64,000 nt of DNA from Microthyrium microscopicum (taxonomy: Eukaryota): NCBI GenBank assembly GCA_010405405.1, contig MU004238.1, forward strand, positions 569,530 through 633,529. The letters are read 5' to 3'. Below are positions 1-11,566 of the stretch, one piece after another; positions within the stretch are counted from its first letter, which is position 1; each line of letters starts with the position of its first letter. The position numbers were made by a program, and so were the translations under genes. Under the pieces are notes generated by a model that searched no databases, was not told the origin of the DNA, and worked only from the letters and a program-made list of their open reading frames with translations.

Positions 1-3000
1 CGGTCTTTAAAATATACTGACTGTATGCATAAGCATTGCCGACTTCCGCTTTGGTAGTCTGGAGTAGCAAACGATGTGCACTGGCATATACAATGTGTGA
101 GCCCACACGTCTGAAGTCTGCCATAAGCTGCTGTAGAGCTTTGCGCGACATGACTTGCACATAGTAATGCAACGATCGATCATATAGGAATGATCCTTGA
201 TTCTCGACCCAGCGCAACAAATGCTGCACTAGAATATCAGCCATATCGCCACCATTTGATGCTTCTGTCCACCAAGCCTTGACCATTTCACGTAATACCA
301 TAATACCGGCCGTAGCGAAAGCGTTCTCGGAGTGGATAGCAGTGGAGTTCAGTTCGCCATTGTCATCTGTTGGTGGCGCAGGATTGAATGAGATGGAGTC
401 GGTGCCTTCAGCTTCGTTAATGAGTGAGCTCGCCAGAATTGTGTTTACGGCAAGATTTCGAACGCTCAGATCAATGCAAACAGACGCATAGGTTCCAGGG
501 GTATTGATTGCAGGCATGTCGACTTCTTCAAGAGTACTGAGAATGCTATCCTTCTCATACCCAGCATGATCTGGCTGTGGGCTGGATGACCACCATAGCA
601 CAACCTTTTCTTTTTGCAAACGGCGTGCATATGCTACATCGATCAAGAAACGCACGTCGTGGCTCTCCAAGTTGCATAGGGGGATATTGCCATAGCGAGA
701 CAAATCAGTCAAATGGGCAATCCAAGTACCGACGCCGAGATAATGGCCAATGACACGTTTCGCCATCGCTGTTTGCCAACCAAGTGGAGGAAGCGTACGA
801 TCCGAGTCGTCCGTCTTGAGACTAAGAATTGGCAAGTCCTTCATGACGGGAACATCATGAGCGAGCATTTGGACCTGGTCGCTCTGTACGACTAGTGCTA
901 GAGCCTTGTCCTTTTCTTCAGCACGGATGCGCTTGATGGTATCGCTTACTTCAATGTAGGCCTTTCGACGGGAGGTGACAATACTTGTCTTAAAGTGGAC
1001 TGTTGGGGAGTACTCGAAGTTCTCTGGCAGACTCATTCCATCAGCAATACGGCGATCGTAAAGCTCCTGGTATATCTTATCCATGTTGGGCATGCCTTGA
1101 TCATCCCGACTGCGGTTGAGGATGATGAATTGGGCTTGGCCAGAGGGTGAAAAGATGGCGAATATTTGGCGGTCAGACGTGATGATGTGGCAAACAAAGA
1201 TATAGCGCATTGTCGCTTGGTCCAGGTATGGCTCTTTCTGTTTGACTTGCCTCAAGGTTGATAGGTCGAAGCCTTGGTCAAGACCTTTGCCTAGTACACC
1301 ACCTTGCGTTTCGTCGAATGTGCACACGTTTCCAAGCTGGAGAACTGCTCGCGTATTAAGCGGCAGGTCCTGCTCGTATACGCCCTCAACTGCTGGATGG
1401 TTGACGAGGAGTCGTATCTTCTTGCTTTCTGTACGATAAACAGACTCGGGTAATGTGAGCTTGAACAGGTGAACAGAGGGATGACCGTTGGGTAGTGTGT
1501 GGCCAACGACTTTTTCCACCTGACACCCTTCGATCGTGACATCTGGTAGGTCGTCTGTCTTCAAGTTGAGATAGAGGATTCGTGGCACAACGACCTTTAG
1601 TGTATGCATCTTGTTGTTGATCAACACAAACGCTCTTACTTCACCAGGAGCTTCCGTCTCTCGCAGTTGAACAAGCTGCCAAGTACTGATGAAGACCATC
1701 TCAGCCTGATTTCTAAATATGCTGCCAATCGTATCAGACGCATCTGTTCGGCGGTCTCCAAAGAGCTGTCGTCGTCGAATGCGTGCTTGCTTCTGAAGCT
1801 TCCACTTCTGTTTCTGATATCTTAACCAACCCTTGTAATCTCCAGAGATCGGGGGCATTTTGGCAGGCAAGCTAGCGAATGGATCCGCATTCACAGGTAC
1901 AGTGGGCTCAGGGGCCTTTCGCTTCTGTACCATTTTTGTTGCAGAACCGTTCTTCTTGATCAACTGCATGCCAGGCTTAGCACCAAAGTCTTCCATATCA
2001 CCAGAACCAGCCACACGATTGCCAAGAGTATTAATGTCAGCATCAACGAGCTTCCGCTTCTCGAACATGTCTGTCATCTTCGTCTGCTTCATCACATCAT
2101 CCTTGATTCGGATACGGCGTTGTAACCAGTCTGGATGTTGAACGCGTGGTACGGGGTTGCTCACTTTCTGCAGCGCAGCGGGAATGGTGATGATCTTTTG
2201 AATGACGCTAGCCAGACGCTCAAGATAGTAGTTCCAGTCAATGACTCCTCGAGGATCCATGTCGCCAGGATCTTCTTTGAGCCATTTCTTGAGGAAGAAA
2301 CGCTTGACCTTCTCTTCGGCTGAGAAGATGGCCACGGGTATGGCTCGTTCTGTGACAGGCGCGCCACGAGGACGAGATGATATGATGTACTTGCAGTTCA
2401 AGCCCTTGTCTTTGATCATTTGCTCACCAAGAAACTCTGCGAGGCGCTTGGCAGTCGTGATGGCAGTGGACTTTTGAGCGCCGTACTCTTCGAGTGTTTT
2501 CGCCATGGACTTGTTTTCGCAAATGAGATCAATCAGTTCCTCGTCAGCAAGAGTCTTGCCTTGTTGGTACAAGACATCGAGCCACTGATTTGCTACTGTA
2601 GCCACAGAGGCATAGCATTCAGCTAGTGTAGTCCCATTCAGAAAGAACTTGAAGAGCTGCGTCTGGAAGATTTTGATGAGCTTGAGCTCACCACGACGCT
2701 TGACCTCGAAGCCTTTGAGTTCTGCAAGCGAGCCGTCGTGATTGAAAACAGCATAACGTTTCTTCAAGTTCTTGTCCTCTTCCTTGGATGTGGGCAATAT
2801 CATGGCTTTGTATGGACCATCAACTTCAAAGAAGATGGTATTTTCGCTATGCGTCTCGTATCTTAGTGTATTTGGATCCTTTAGCTCCTGATATTGGTGA
2901 TTTGTGAATTTTGCGTGAACGAGATGGTTCAACATGACGCAGGGATACGAGATGGTCATCTTTTTTCCGTTCTTGAGCTTGAACCCAAAGTTCTCTGGGA

Positions 3001-5632
3001 AAGTCGCTGGTAAAATACACCAGATACCGTCCGTGTCGAGTTCTAGGGGTCTTCCAATTCTTTCTACCAGTTGTCGTGCCAGTTGGATGATATGTGCTCC
3101 AGTCAAGCAGGTCACGCCTGCCATCTCCATGGAGTACCATCTTGAGCCTTTTCTCATGACGTAGCCGTAGAAACTGTTTAGAATGACTTTATGGGCCAGT
3201 TGCAACGAATCAAAGAGTACGATCATCTTCTTGGCCTCTTCGATTTCTGCAGAACTGGCTCCTGAGCTCTTCAGCTGCTCAGTCTTTCCCTTCCAAACCT
3301 TTTGCTTGCCTTTGTAATCGTACCGACGATCACGGAAGGTCATGACGGTGTCGACGTAAAACGGGTTTTCTCGTTGGCAGATGATGGCTTCGCGCTCCAT
3401 TGTTTTCGATTCGTGGATTTTGTGGTAAATCTTTTTCGAGTATTCTTGTAATCGCTTCTTGACCATTTCCGCTTGCTCAGCCGTAGATAGATCCTGGAAG
3501 GTCCGCGCTGGTGCTCCAGGTTTGCGGCCTGGAAATCGTTCGTTTTCGAGTACATTGCGAATCATGTTGTACTCGTCTCGTTTGGCGGGCAAGAACTCAC
3601 CACGCCATGACCAAGGCATACGGCGATCGCAGGTTTTGCCAGGTCGGTTGAAATCGCACGCAGCACAGTCCTTTTCTTCAATCATAGAATCCGGTTGTAA
3701 ACGATTGGTCGTCATGATATTTGGATACATCGATGCAACATCCAAATGGTAGATAGAGGGTCGTTCAAGTCGGTTTGGCTTCTCTTTGAGTTGCTGAAGC
3801 TTTTCGATGATCTCGGCCTTCACTTCTTCGTAATTGACCACATCGTCTAAATCCTTCTTTTCCTCGACTGTTATGCTGAATTTCAACGCCGCATCCATAT
3901 CGTTAATGAGTTCATCAATGGCTGTAGTGTCCAAGGCAAAGTTGCATGGGATGTCGCTCCGGAAAACGCCTGCTTCAATACTTTCGACATGGCCACCGAC
4001 ATACGTCTCCGATTCTAGAAGATGTCCATCCCAGAATGCCTCTTTGGGCGGCGAGTGTTTGTTGGGAAGTAGGATATTCTTCTCATAGGCTTGCACCATG
4101 AGCAACATCTCGCACAGCGTACCCGTTCCCTTGCGCAGAACATCGTCTGGACCCAGCGGAATGATTGTGCATAGTGAGAAGATGAAAGGATGGACATATT
4201 TCATGTATAGGTAATATGTGGCCACAGCATCAGAGACGGAGTATTCAGCCAGAGTTTGTGGATGCTCAATAGCATAAGGAGTCATCAGTTCCGGGTCCAG
4301 TTCATCGGGATCGTAGCCTAGCTTTGCAACGGTCACGGCCTTCAGGCCACGACTACCTTGCGGCAGATAACTATCACGGCTGACCCAGCAAAATGCATCC
4401 ATGTGCGCGCAATAATCGCTCTGGTATACGTCTTCGCTGTTCTTCCGGAACCCAATCTCTTGATACATGTCGATGCCGAGAATGGATGCTCGTGCTTCTA
4501 TGTATGGCCAATCGAAAAAGTCTCCGTTGTATGTGACCATGACTGTGGGCTTTGCTTCTTTGATGTGCTCAAAGAATCGTTCCAGGAGCAATTTCTCGTC
4601 CGGTTCGTTGAATATTATGAAAGGCCCTTCGTATTCTGGCTTGGGTGTGTAATCAAAGTCGGCAATATCCTCGGAGACAATCTCTCGATTGGTGATGAGA
4701 AATCCTTGACCGTCAATCATGTATGATATCATCATGATCTGATCAACTGAAGAGTCCGGAAACTTGAGCGGTGCCTTGCAAGTCTCGATATCAAACGCCA
4801 TAACAATCGGATCCGCACGCGTCAGTCGTTCCTCAAGATGTTTGAGGTTCACAACACCATGCTTTGCCTCAACGCTATACCATCGCCCGATGCGAATGTC
4901 CTTGTCAATAGCCACCCGCACATGATATGGGACATCATACTCGCGAATGTCCACAATGAAATCGCTAGCATCCACAAATCCCTTGACACGATCCTCCTCC
5001 TCAAACACATCAAACCCAGCACTCGCACTCGCCACCTCAGCATACGCATCGAGCGCGCTAACCTGGCTCTTATTCTTCTCAGCAATCGGCATCACGACTT
5101 TGCGCACAGCTAGCAAATCATTCACATTCGCAAATCGTAACTCCAGCACCGTCCGCCGATATCCCACCAAATGATTCGGCAGGGCCAGATCCTCCGCCTC
5201 ACGCCGCCGCACACTCGTCACAAGTCCGTCGCAAGCACGCTTTACCCATTCTTCGACTTCTGGTTCGCGCCCACGCTTGACGGCCAGTACAAAGTATGGC
5301 TCGTATGCGAGCGTCGCTTTGAATGTGTCGCCAGACTCTTCGATAAAGTAAAAGTCTACGCCTGCTCGACCGCCTGGGACATGCTCGTCGGCAATGGTGG
5401 TGCTCTTCATATTGACGAGCCAGCCAACGCGCGCGCGGCCAGCGTCGTAGCGCGAGAAGCCCATGGACTCATCTATGCGGTGGGCGAGACGTGTGGCCTC
5501 CAGCTTTTCGCTGGCGGAGGTGCGTTCGCTGGAGAGGAGAGATGAGGCAGCAATGGGGGCTTGGTTGCGGGGACCAGCGTAGGAGGTTTGGCCATTGCGG
5601 CCTACGCGACGAAAAGGTTTCCGGGGAGGCAT
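1..5632 (-). CDS. POL2: DNA polymerase epsilon catalytic subunit (5' ~1877 codons; continues past the left edge)
   Basis: Absent from the ORF track, consistent with no stop inside the window. Hand translation from ATG 5632 gives MPPRKPFRR...IDESMGFSRY...GGRAGVDFYF. Also seen: exonuclease motif AFDIETCKAPLKFPD, CysX motif CAACDFNRPGKTC, ELDTDGIWC, and GNAYAYSQYILKT at the window edge in the same frame, so apparently intronless. Confidence 0.97.
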   Translation of the reverse strand, partial: MPPRKPFRRVGRNGQTSYAGPRNQAPIAASSLLSSERTSASEKLEATRLAHRIDESMGFSRYDAGRARVGWLVNMKSTTIADEHVPGGRAGVDFYFIEESGDTFKATLAYEPYFVLAVKRGREPEVEEWVKRACDGLVTSVRRREAEDLALPNHLVGYRRTVLELRFANVNDLLAVRKVVMPIAEKNKSQVSALDAYAEVASASAGFDVFEEEDRVKGFVDASDFIVDIREYDVPYHVRVAIDKDIRIGRWYSVEAKHGVVNLKHLEERLTRADPIVMAFDIETCKAPLKFPDSSVDQIMMISYMIDGQGFLITNREIVSEDIADFDYTPKPEYEGPFIIFNEPDEKLLLERFFEHIKEAKPTVMVTYNGDFFDWPYIEARASILGIDMYQEIGFRKNSEDVYQSDYCAHMDAFCWVSRDSYLPQGSRGLKAVTVAKLGYDPDELDPELMTPYAIEHPQTLAEYSVSDAVATYYLYMKYVHPFIFSLCTIIPLGPDDVLRKGTGTLCEMLLMVQAYEKNILLPNKHSPPKEAFWDGHLLESETYVGGHVESIEAGVFRSDIPCNFALDTTAIDELINDMDAALKFSITVEEKKDLDDVVNYEEVKAEIIEKLQQLKEKPNRLERPSIYHLDVASMYPNIMTTNRLQPDSMIEEKDCAACDFNRPGKTCDRRMPWSWRGEFLPAKRDEYNMIRNVLENERFPGRKPGAPARTFQDLSTAEQAEMVKKRLQEYSKKIYHKIHESKTMEREAIICQRENPFYVDTVMTFRDRRYDYKGKQKVWKGKTEQLKSSGASSAEIEEAKKMIVLFDSLQLAHKVILNSFYGYVMRKGSRWYSMEMAGVTCLTGAHIIQLARQLVERIGRPLELDTDGIWCILPATFPENFGFKLKNGKKMTISYPCVMLNHLVHAKFTNHQYQELKDPNTLRYETHSENTIFFEVDGPYKAMILPTSKEEDKNLKKRYAVFNHDGSLAELKGFEVKRRGELKLIKIFQTQLFKFFLNGTTLAECYASVATVANQWLDVLYQQGKTLADEELIDLICENKSMAKTLEEYGAQKSTAITTAKRLAEFLGEQMIKDKGLNCKYIISSRPRGAPVTERAIPVAIFSAEEKVKRFFLKKWLKEDPGDMDPRGVIDWNYYLERLASVIQKIITIPAALQKVSNPVPRVQHPDWLQRRIRIKDDVMKQTKMTDMFEKRKLVDADINTLGNRVAGSGDMEDFGAKPGMQLIKKNGSATKMVQKRKAPEPTVPVNADPFASLPAKMPPISGDYKGWLRYQKQKWKLQKQARIRRRQLFGDRRTDASDTIGSIFRNQAEMVFISTWQLVQLRETEAPGEVRAFVLINNKMHTLKVVVPRILYLNLKTDDLPDVTIEGCQVEKVVGHTLPNGHPSVHLFKLTLPESVYRTESKKIRLLVNHPAVEGVYEQDLPLNTRAVLQLGNVCTFDETQGGVLGKGLDQGFDLSTLRQVKQKEPYLDQATMRYIFVCHIITSDRQIFAIFSPSGQAQFIILNRSRDDQGMPNMDKIYQELYDRRIADGMSLPENFEYSPTVHFKTSIVTSRRKAYIEVSDTIKRIRAEEKDKALALVVQSDQVQMLAHDVPVMKDLPILSLKTDDSDRTLPPLGWQTAMAKRVIGHYLGVGTWIAHLTDLSRYGNIPLCNLESHDVRFLIDVAYARRLQKEKVVLWWSSSPQPDHAGYEKDSILSTLEEVDMPAINTPGTYASVCIDLSVRNLAVNTILASSLINEAEGTDSISFNPAPPTDDNGELNSTAIHSENAFATAGIMVLREMVKAWWTEASNGGDMADILVQHLLRWVENQGSFLYDRSLHYYVQVMSRKALQQLMADFRRVGSHIVYASAHRLLLQTTKAEVGNAYAYSQYILKT

Positions 5633-5948
5633 TTTGTGTGAATATTTTGAGGAAAAGAAGGATGTTCAAGAACTTGGAGAATGTTCCCGATCTCAGGAAG
5701 TGAAAGACCTTAGGAAGTGATCTTTGGCACTATAGAGCTTTTCGAATACTGGAGAGTTGATTCGAAGAAGGGAGGAAAGGGATTGTCGTTAATTGCATAA
5801 AAAGACGTGACGCTTCGTAAGATGCATTGCAAGGCCGAATATCATGGAACTCTTCAGCTTGCAATGTAGAGATATGTAGCAGTATTTTTGGGTTGTGGTA
5901 GAAAGAAGTGCTTCAGTACTGAATCAAGACCGCATGAGATGTTGCCAA

Positions 5949-5974
5949 ACGCGTCGGTCAGGCGCGTAACGCGA
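5949..5974. promoter_or_regulatory. Cluster of MCB-like (CGCG-core) elements upstream of POL2
   Basis: ACGCGT (5949-5954), GCGCGT and ACGCGA within 26 nt, about 320 nt upstream of the POL2 ATG. MCB/MBF control of replication genes is established in yeasts. Confidence 0.55.
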
Positions 5975-6361
5975 CGACGCTAAAACTGAGCACAGATCTT
6001 TTTCTAAAAACCACTTTACGCCCAGCACAATGCATTTACCTGCGGTTCAAGTCATATAAGCATATTCAACAATGAAAGATTATGAAGGGATTATTATTCA
6101 TCGTACATTTCAAGATTCAAACTGTATTTTGAGCTCATAAATCGCCGTATACGTTCAAAGCACCCGATAATTTTCCTTCCGCAGCGAAGAATCGCTTTGT
6201 GTCTGTACATGTGCATATTTGTACAGAGCCATGGCATATGTAGTCAGTGATAATATTATACAAGCTTGAAGATTGTAAGGCTCCCTCCCAATGCAACGTT
6301 CAGCTTTCTTGCTCTTCGGTCAAGGGGCAGGAAGGGGCATCATTTGACTTTTCCACCAAGT

Positions 6362-9300
6362 CTATTCATCCAGTGCCGCAAGCGCTACTAGGTTGCGTAA
6401 TACTTCTAGATCCACCTTGGGTTTGTTCAATGCACCAAGTACAAAGTTCCAATTCGGCAGCATTTCTGGGTGGAGTTTGTCTCCTGAGACTGCGACGTCA
6501 TCCTTCTTTTTGTTCTCTCCGTTTTGGACGCCCTCGTGTTCTTCGGACATGTCCATGGATACATCATCCGCCTCGCCATTGGTGGGTGGTGAGGGTGGGG
6601 CTTCTATGGGGAAGATACCGGTGGCCTTGGACTTCTTCTTGTTTGTCGATTTACCAAGTGCAAGGGTTGTCAGGTTTCGGAGCATACCCAAAGCCCGGTT
6701 AGTCAACGGGTTCCAACCATCGCTTTGCCCCCTAATCTCGCGAAGTTCGTGACTTTCTGGTTCATTAAACGTAGCTCGGCACATATTGACCATACTGGCA
6801 ACCCAATAGTCTTTGGACGTAAGCCAGGATCGGGCAAGTTCCGCAGCTGGACTGTCTGGGAGAAGACCGCTGATTATGTCTGCAGCTAACATTCCTTGTG
6901 AAAGAACGGCCTCACGTTTGACAACGAGAATCTCATCTGGAAGAATCAGGCCGGATCTATCAGGTATCACGGCTATCGCCAGTCCGAAGGCGCGGGTGAT
7001 GACACCGTATTGTTGATGTACTGGGAGGAGATTTGGATCAAGGGAGACCGGAGATGTTGGGCTAGATGGTGATGATGGTTCTGCAAATATCGATTTGAAA
7101 TAGGAGCGGTTGACATCCTTGAGAAGAAGTTTTGCAAACCCATCTACGGCAAAATAGTAGTATTTGTGCACAAGTGGGTTGTAAAGCGAAAAGCTGACTT
7201 CCGCTTTGGAGGTAGGGTTCGGGTTTGGTGAAAATGCGAGAAGGAAGTGGAGAATAGGGAGCGCATCTTCTCGAGAAGGGAGTGTGATCTCGTCGCCCAC
7301 GTTTGTAAGTATATGGACAACGTCTTTCATGAATTCCTGGAGTTTCCAATAGGAACGGAAGAGCATGTTACGAGTTCCCAGTAACCGAATCGTGTTCGCC
7401 AGGAATTTTATAACATGTGCCTCGGCCACAAGCTGGTGGTTCTTGTCGTTTAGCCTCATTGTAATAAAGGTCAGGTTTCGCAGAATTCGCGTGATTGCTA
7501 TCAGACGCTCGGCAGCCAAATCCATCTCGTATGCATGAGTGCCAACTTCCGGATGTTCTTGTAGTGACCATTCAGTCTCGACACGAGTGAGACGAACAAT
7601 GTCTTCGTATGAAGGCAAGTCTATAGCATCAGACACTTCAGCAGCGTCCTCAGCCAAGAAATCGGTTTGTTCTTCCCCAAAGTCGACAAGTACATCCAAC
7701 AGATCTTCGGAAGAGGACAGATCCAATGGATACCGGGAGGTCAACTTTTGCAAAACATCGAGAGCATATCGGACCTCTCGCCTGATACCAGACTCTAAAC
7801 TATTCGATATGGCACGTATATCAATGTTGCCCATTTCCTCAAGCTCTGGAACATTTGGTATGAGAGCGAGGATGTTTTCCGTTAAATTGCCCTGGCCAAA
7901 GAAGGCGCTGACCTCCAATCCTCCATAGGCTTCTCCAAAACCGATTTTACTAGGTGAATAACAATCGGTGTCGACTTGGGGAGGAGGAAGTGTCGGGGCT
8001 TGTACAGGTTCAGCGCCGTTCACCAACTTACTCGTCGGTCCTGCTTCGGGAGCTTTATCTATGGTCGCTGGCAAACTAGGCGCGGGAGATTGTTCTACTT
8101 TGGAACTGCTTCTCCTTTGATTTTGAGAAGCTCCCTTCAGTGTTGGTGTTTCCGTTTGAGGCGTAGAGAAGCCATTTGGCATGTTAAGCGACGAATGCGA
8201 TTGCACGGGCGTCATGTGTGGGGTCTGATTGAGGCGTGCTTGCATCTGTGGAGTTTGTTGCATATGCTGTAAATTCTGCGGCGTTTGTGGTGCTTTTGTC
8301 GGCGACATCTGTCCACCGGGCATGCCTTGTTGTGCATCTTTCTTTTGTTGACTTTGAATCATGGCTTGCTCATACAGCCCCAAGTTCTTTTCAAAGATAG
8401 CTTTCAACTCATTGCCCGCGTTTGGATACTGTGCTTCGGGGAACTGCAAAGTGTGCGCAACTTTGCCCCAGGAGTTGCTCATTGTGATAGGCTTCGAACC
8501 CCTGTTTTTGAGTACAATCGTCCAAAGAAAGTAAAGATTGACTGGTCTTCCTGCTATCAAAGGTCTATGATCAAAGGGTTGACCTTGTCGGCCCATGAAC
8601 GCGTTGATGGTTGACAGAAACTGCTGGACCTGCGCCATCTGCTGCGCTTGTTGGACTTGGTTATTTTGTGGCACTTGATTCTGTGGTGGCCTTGTAGGTG
8701 TTGCCATGCCAGGGTGCTGACCAGGTATCATCGAGTTCATGTTAGCAGCCTGCATTTGCTGCTGGCGATGCTGCAGCATTTGCTGTTGCTGATGTTGCAA
8801 CTTCATGGCATGTTGGTTCTGAACAGTGGCAAGCTGCCTCTGTAAATTCTCGGTCAGGTTGCCTTGTGCGGCAAATTGACCTGGCGCTCCAGGCATGTTC
8901 ATGCCGGCAGCTCCTTGGAAATTCGGATTGAAGTTTTGATTCATATTCCCACCAGGACCAAACGATGCGCCTCCCATCTGCGAATTGGGTCGGTTCTGCA
9001 TCATTTGACTGGGCATGGGCATCTGACCAGGCATCGGGCCCATTGGACCGGGCATTTGACCTGCCCCCATTGGGAAATGCGGTGTTTGTGGTGTCGCGCG
9101 TCCATTCGCATCTGGGGGTGGAGATATCGACATTCCCTGTTGTGGAGGAAATTGTGTAGGGTTGGGAGAAACGGTTTGCATGCGCTGTTGAGGGGGTGGT
9201 GCGCGAAACTGCTGATTTGACATAGTCGGCGATGGCGTCGCATTTGATGAGCCGGCAGGTTGTAGATGTTGTTGGTATGGAAAGGGGCTTGGATATGCGC

Positions 9301-9610
9301 CGACTTGTTGAGGAGTTTGAGATCGCGAAATGTTCATGGTAGCAGGGGGCTGTCCAGGAGACGCGACAGCGCCGTCATCTCGCGGTCTTTTCGAGGGCAC
9401 GATTGCGGCAACCGAGTATGGATATTGCTGAGGAGTTTGCGATCGAGGTTGCGCATTATTGGGGGTCGCGGGTTGCTGCTGAGGCTGGCCATGTGGCATC
9501 TGGTTTGGGAAGGCAGGCGCGAACATGGAAGGGTTGTCAACAGACAACATGGTTGGATCAGCAAAACCGTTGCCATTCGCGATAGACTCGTGTGCAGACC
9601 ATTGGTTCAT
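6362..9610 (-). CDS. SWI1: SWI/SNF subunit Swi1/Sol1 (ARID/BRIGHT domain protein)
   Basis: 1082-aa ORF with a Q/P/M/G-rich N-terminus, an ARID domain (PLIAGRPVNLYFLW...WGKVAHTLQFP...FEKNLGLYE) and a Swi1/BAF250-type C-terminus (GNIDIRAISNSLESGIRREVRYALDVL, ILRNLTF). Confidence 0.9.
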   Translation of the reverse strand: MNQWSAHESIANGNGFADPTMLSVDNPSMFAPAFPNQMPHGQPQQQPATPNNAQPRSQTPQQYPYSVAAIVPSKRPRDDGAVASPGQPPATMNISRSQTPQQVGAYPSPFPYQQHLQPAGSSNATPSPTMSNQQFRAPPPQQRMQTVSPNPTQFPPQQGMSISPPPDANGRATPQTPHFPMGAGQMPGPMGPMPGQMPMPSQMMQNRPNSQMGGASFGPGGNMNQNFNPNFQGAAGMNMPGAPGQFAAQGNLTENLQRQLATVQNQHAMKLQHQQQQMLQHRQQQMQAANMNSMIPGQHPGMATPTRPPQNQVPQNNQVQQAQQMAQVQQFLSTINAFMGRQGQPFDHRPLIAGRPVNLYFLWTIVLKNRGSKPITMSNSWGKVAHTLQFPEAQYPNAGNELKAIFEKNLGLYEQAMIQSQQKKDAQQGMPGGQMSPTKAPQTPQNLQHMQQTPQMQARLNQTPHMTPVQSHSSLNMPNGFSTPQTETPTLKGASQNQRRSSSKVEQSPAPSLPATIDKAPEAGPTSKLVNGAEPVQAPTLPPPQVDTDCYSPSKIGFGEAYGGLEVSAFFGQGNLTENILALIPNVPELEEMGNIDIRAISNSLESGIRREVRYALDVLQKLTSRYPLDLSSSEDLLDVLVDFGEEQTDFLAEDAAEVSDAIDLPSYEDIVRLTRVETEWSLQEHPEVGTHAYEMDLAAERLIAITRILRNLTFITMRLNDKNHQLVAEAHVIKFLANTIRLLGTRNMLFRSYWKLQEFMKDVVHILTNVGDEITLPSREDALPILHFLLAFSPNPNPTSKAEVSFSLYNPLVHKYYYFAVDGFAKLLLKDVNRSYFKSIFAEPSSPSSPTSPVSLDPNLLPVHQQYGVITRAFGLAIAVIPDRSGLILPDEILVVKREAVLSQGMLAADIISGLLPDSPAAELARSWLTSKDYWVASMVNMCRATFNEPESHELREIRGQSDGWNPLTNRALGMLRNLTTLALGKSTNKKKSKATGIFPIEAPPSPPTNGEADDVSMDMSEEHEGVQNGENKKKDDVAVSGDKLHPEMLPNWNFVLGALNKPKVDLEVLRNLVALAALDE

Positions 9611-11566
9611 TGTCCCAAGATGAGAATGGGGTCTAAACAGATAATCTACGATGGATGTCTCGCGTTAGTGACAGGTCTTTCGATGGATCTAGGCGCCCAA
9701 AAGGCCAGGAGTAACAATGGAGAAATTGCCGCGTCAAAGTAAAGCGACATCAACGGCAGCGCGCGTCAAAGAAATAAGAACTAAAAATGACTCGGCTGAT
9801 GCAACAGATAGAAGCCAGGCGCGACTTTTGATGACCACAAGGCGATTGAATGGTAAAGGTGTGACGGTGGTTGGCGGCGTGACCCGTGGTGCGGACTTTT
9901 GCGCGCGGAGCTGAGGCACTGGACGCTCACATGGGAGGATGTGAACACACAACACCAAGACACCAAGCGGAGCGGAAAGACAGGGAGGGGTTCAATAAGG
10001 AAAGAAAACAAGCGAAAAGAGGAGAGGATTTACGCGTCACAGCGTGTCCAAGGCATCAGGGGCCGGCAAAGGACAGGACAGGAAGACACGAGCAAGGAAA
10101 ACGGGCGGGCAAAGGGGAGGCTTACCAACGAGACAGAGCGCGGAAGGGAGCCACTCGAGCGAAGAGACGGAGGAACAGAGTCCGATAGAGACTTTGCTTG
10201 GAATAGACGAATGGAAAGCAGCGGCAAAGAGAGATAATGGGCTACGCAAGCAACAGCAACAGGCAGATTGACGGGCTCAGGCTCTAAGCGTTGTGGACTG
10301 CTCTGGGCGGAACACAGTACAGTGCGGGAATTGAGGAGAGAGGGTGGAAACGGCGCTGCGTTTGGCCTTCAGGCCCTGATTTTGCTTTGCAGTTCAATTT
10401 GGGCAAATTCAGAAACCTGGTCTGTACTCTGCAGCAGTGCAGACTGTGCTGTCGCCGCCGGTCGGCTGTGCTGTGCCACGATACGATTGGCCAGTTGATG
10501 ATACTGAGTCGTTCCGAGATAAATTGGGGTTGTCGATAGGGGGAAATCTTGGCTACAGATTCGATATTTTTGATCAAGATTTTGTTGTGTACAGTTTGAG
10601 TGTTGCCCAACCATTGCTCTGCCCCGGATTTACGCTTGAAAGTAAAACTCGCACCTTCCTTGGGTTGTGGTTGTTCTTTCCTCAGTTATTGTTGCACCTG
10701 CCCTTCTCAATCACTACGCACCTGCCAGTTCGGGTTGCTGACAGTGTCCATGATGGTCGGTTATTTTGTCATTGCAGACAGTTTAACCTAGGACCTGGAG
10801 AGTCGTTGGCCATCATCCGCTGGAGTTGACTAAGCCGGATAGGGGTCAGGTTGATGCCAGCCACTTGACAGCTTTCAACATCGTCCCAGAGTCTGCGGAA
10901 TCACTAGCCAGCTATATCCGCTCAAAAGACCAGGCAAAGTGAAGGGAAGGAAGTAGGATGTAGGAGATGACAGATTTTCCCAGGTTGGTTGGACGATAAA
11001 ATATCTACCCAAAAGCCGTAGCCTCCCTCTGATTATTTCCCTTCCGCGCGCTTATTCGGCACGCCCCCGCTCATATCCAAGCCCAGCATGCTTTCGCTGT
11101 CAAAACTGTCTCTACTTGCATCCACACAAACTGCTGCCTTTATCGTGTGTCATGCGCCCTTCCCTTTTCATTACTTTATTTCCCGTCGTCCTACGCTTCC
11201 ACTGCTTTTACCTCGCTGTCAATTCCCATCCGTTGGCCTGGGACTGCTCATTGTCCGCGGTACGCCTCATATTGACACCGCTTTCATTCCCGACCTGTCC
11301 ACATGCAATATGGACCGATCTCCATGACATATCTCTCAATCTACACTAGTCTCATCAATCATATGCATATAAACCTGTCACACAGTCAATGCTCTAAAAG
11401 CATATTCATCCTGCTGCCGCTTGTCTCGCCGCTCCGCTCCGCTCTATCCGTGACAGCCCATGTGCTCAACCTCCCTCGGGGAAAGACTCACTCAAATATG
11501 CAATACGATGTAGAAGACAGTGTCTTTTCTTTCATAGTCTAATTTTCATGCCACAGAAGTTGATCC

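Noticed and set aside
1..5632. Possible intein or large insertion in POL2
   Set aside because: Motif spacing looks normal for a ~2200-aa Pol2, and I saw no intein or homing-endonuclease motifs.
279..5703. Many short ORFs overlapping POL2, and likewise SWI1, NHA1, DCP2 and others
   Set aside because: Antisense or alternate-frame shadows of long real genes, with no recognisable motifs.
10284..11542. ORFs of 60-130 aa between SWI1 and BTB paralog 1
   Set aside because: Many use non-ATG starts, none shows family motifs or coherent splice structure; they read as promoter or UTR sequence.
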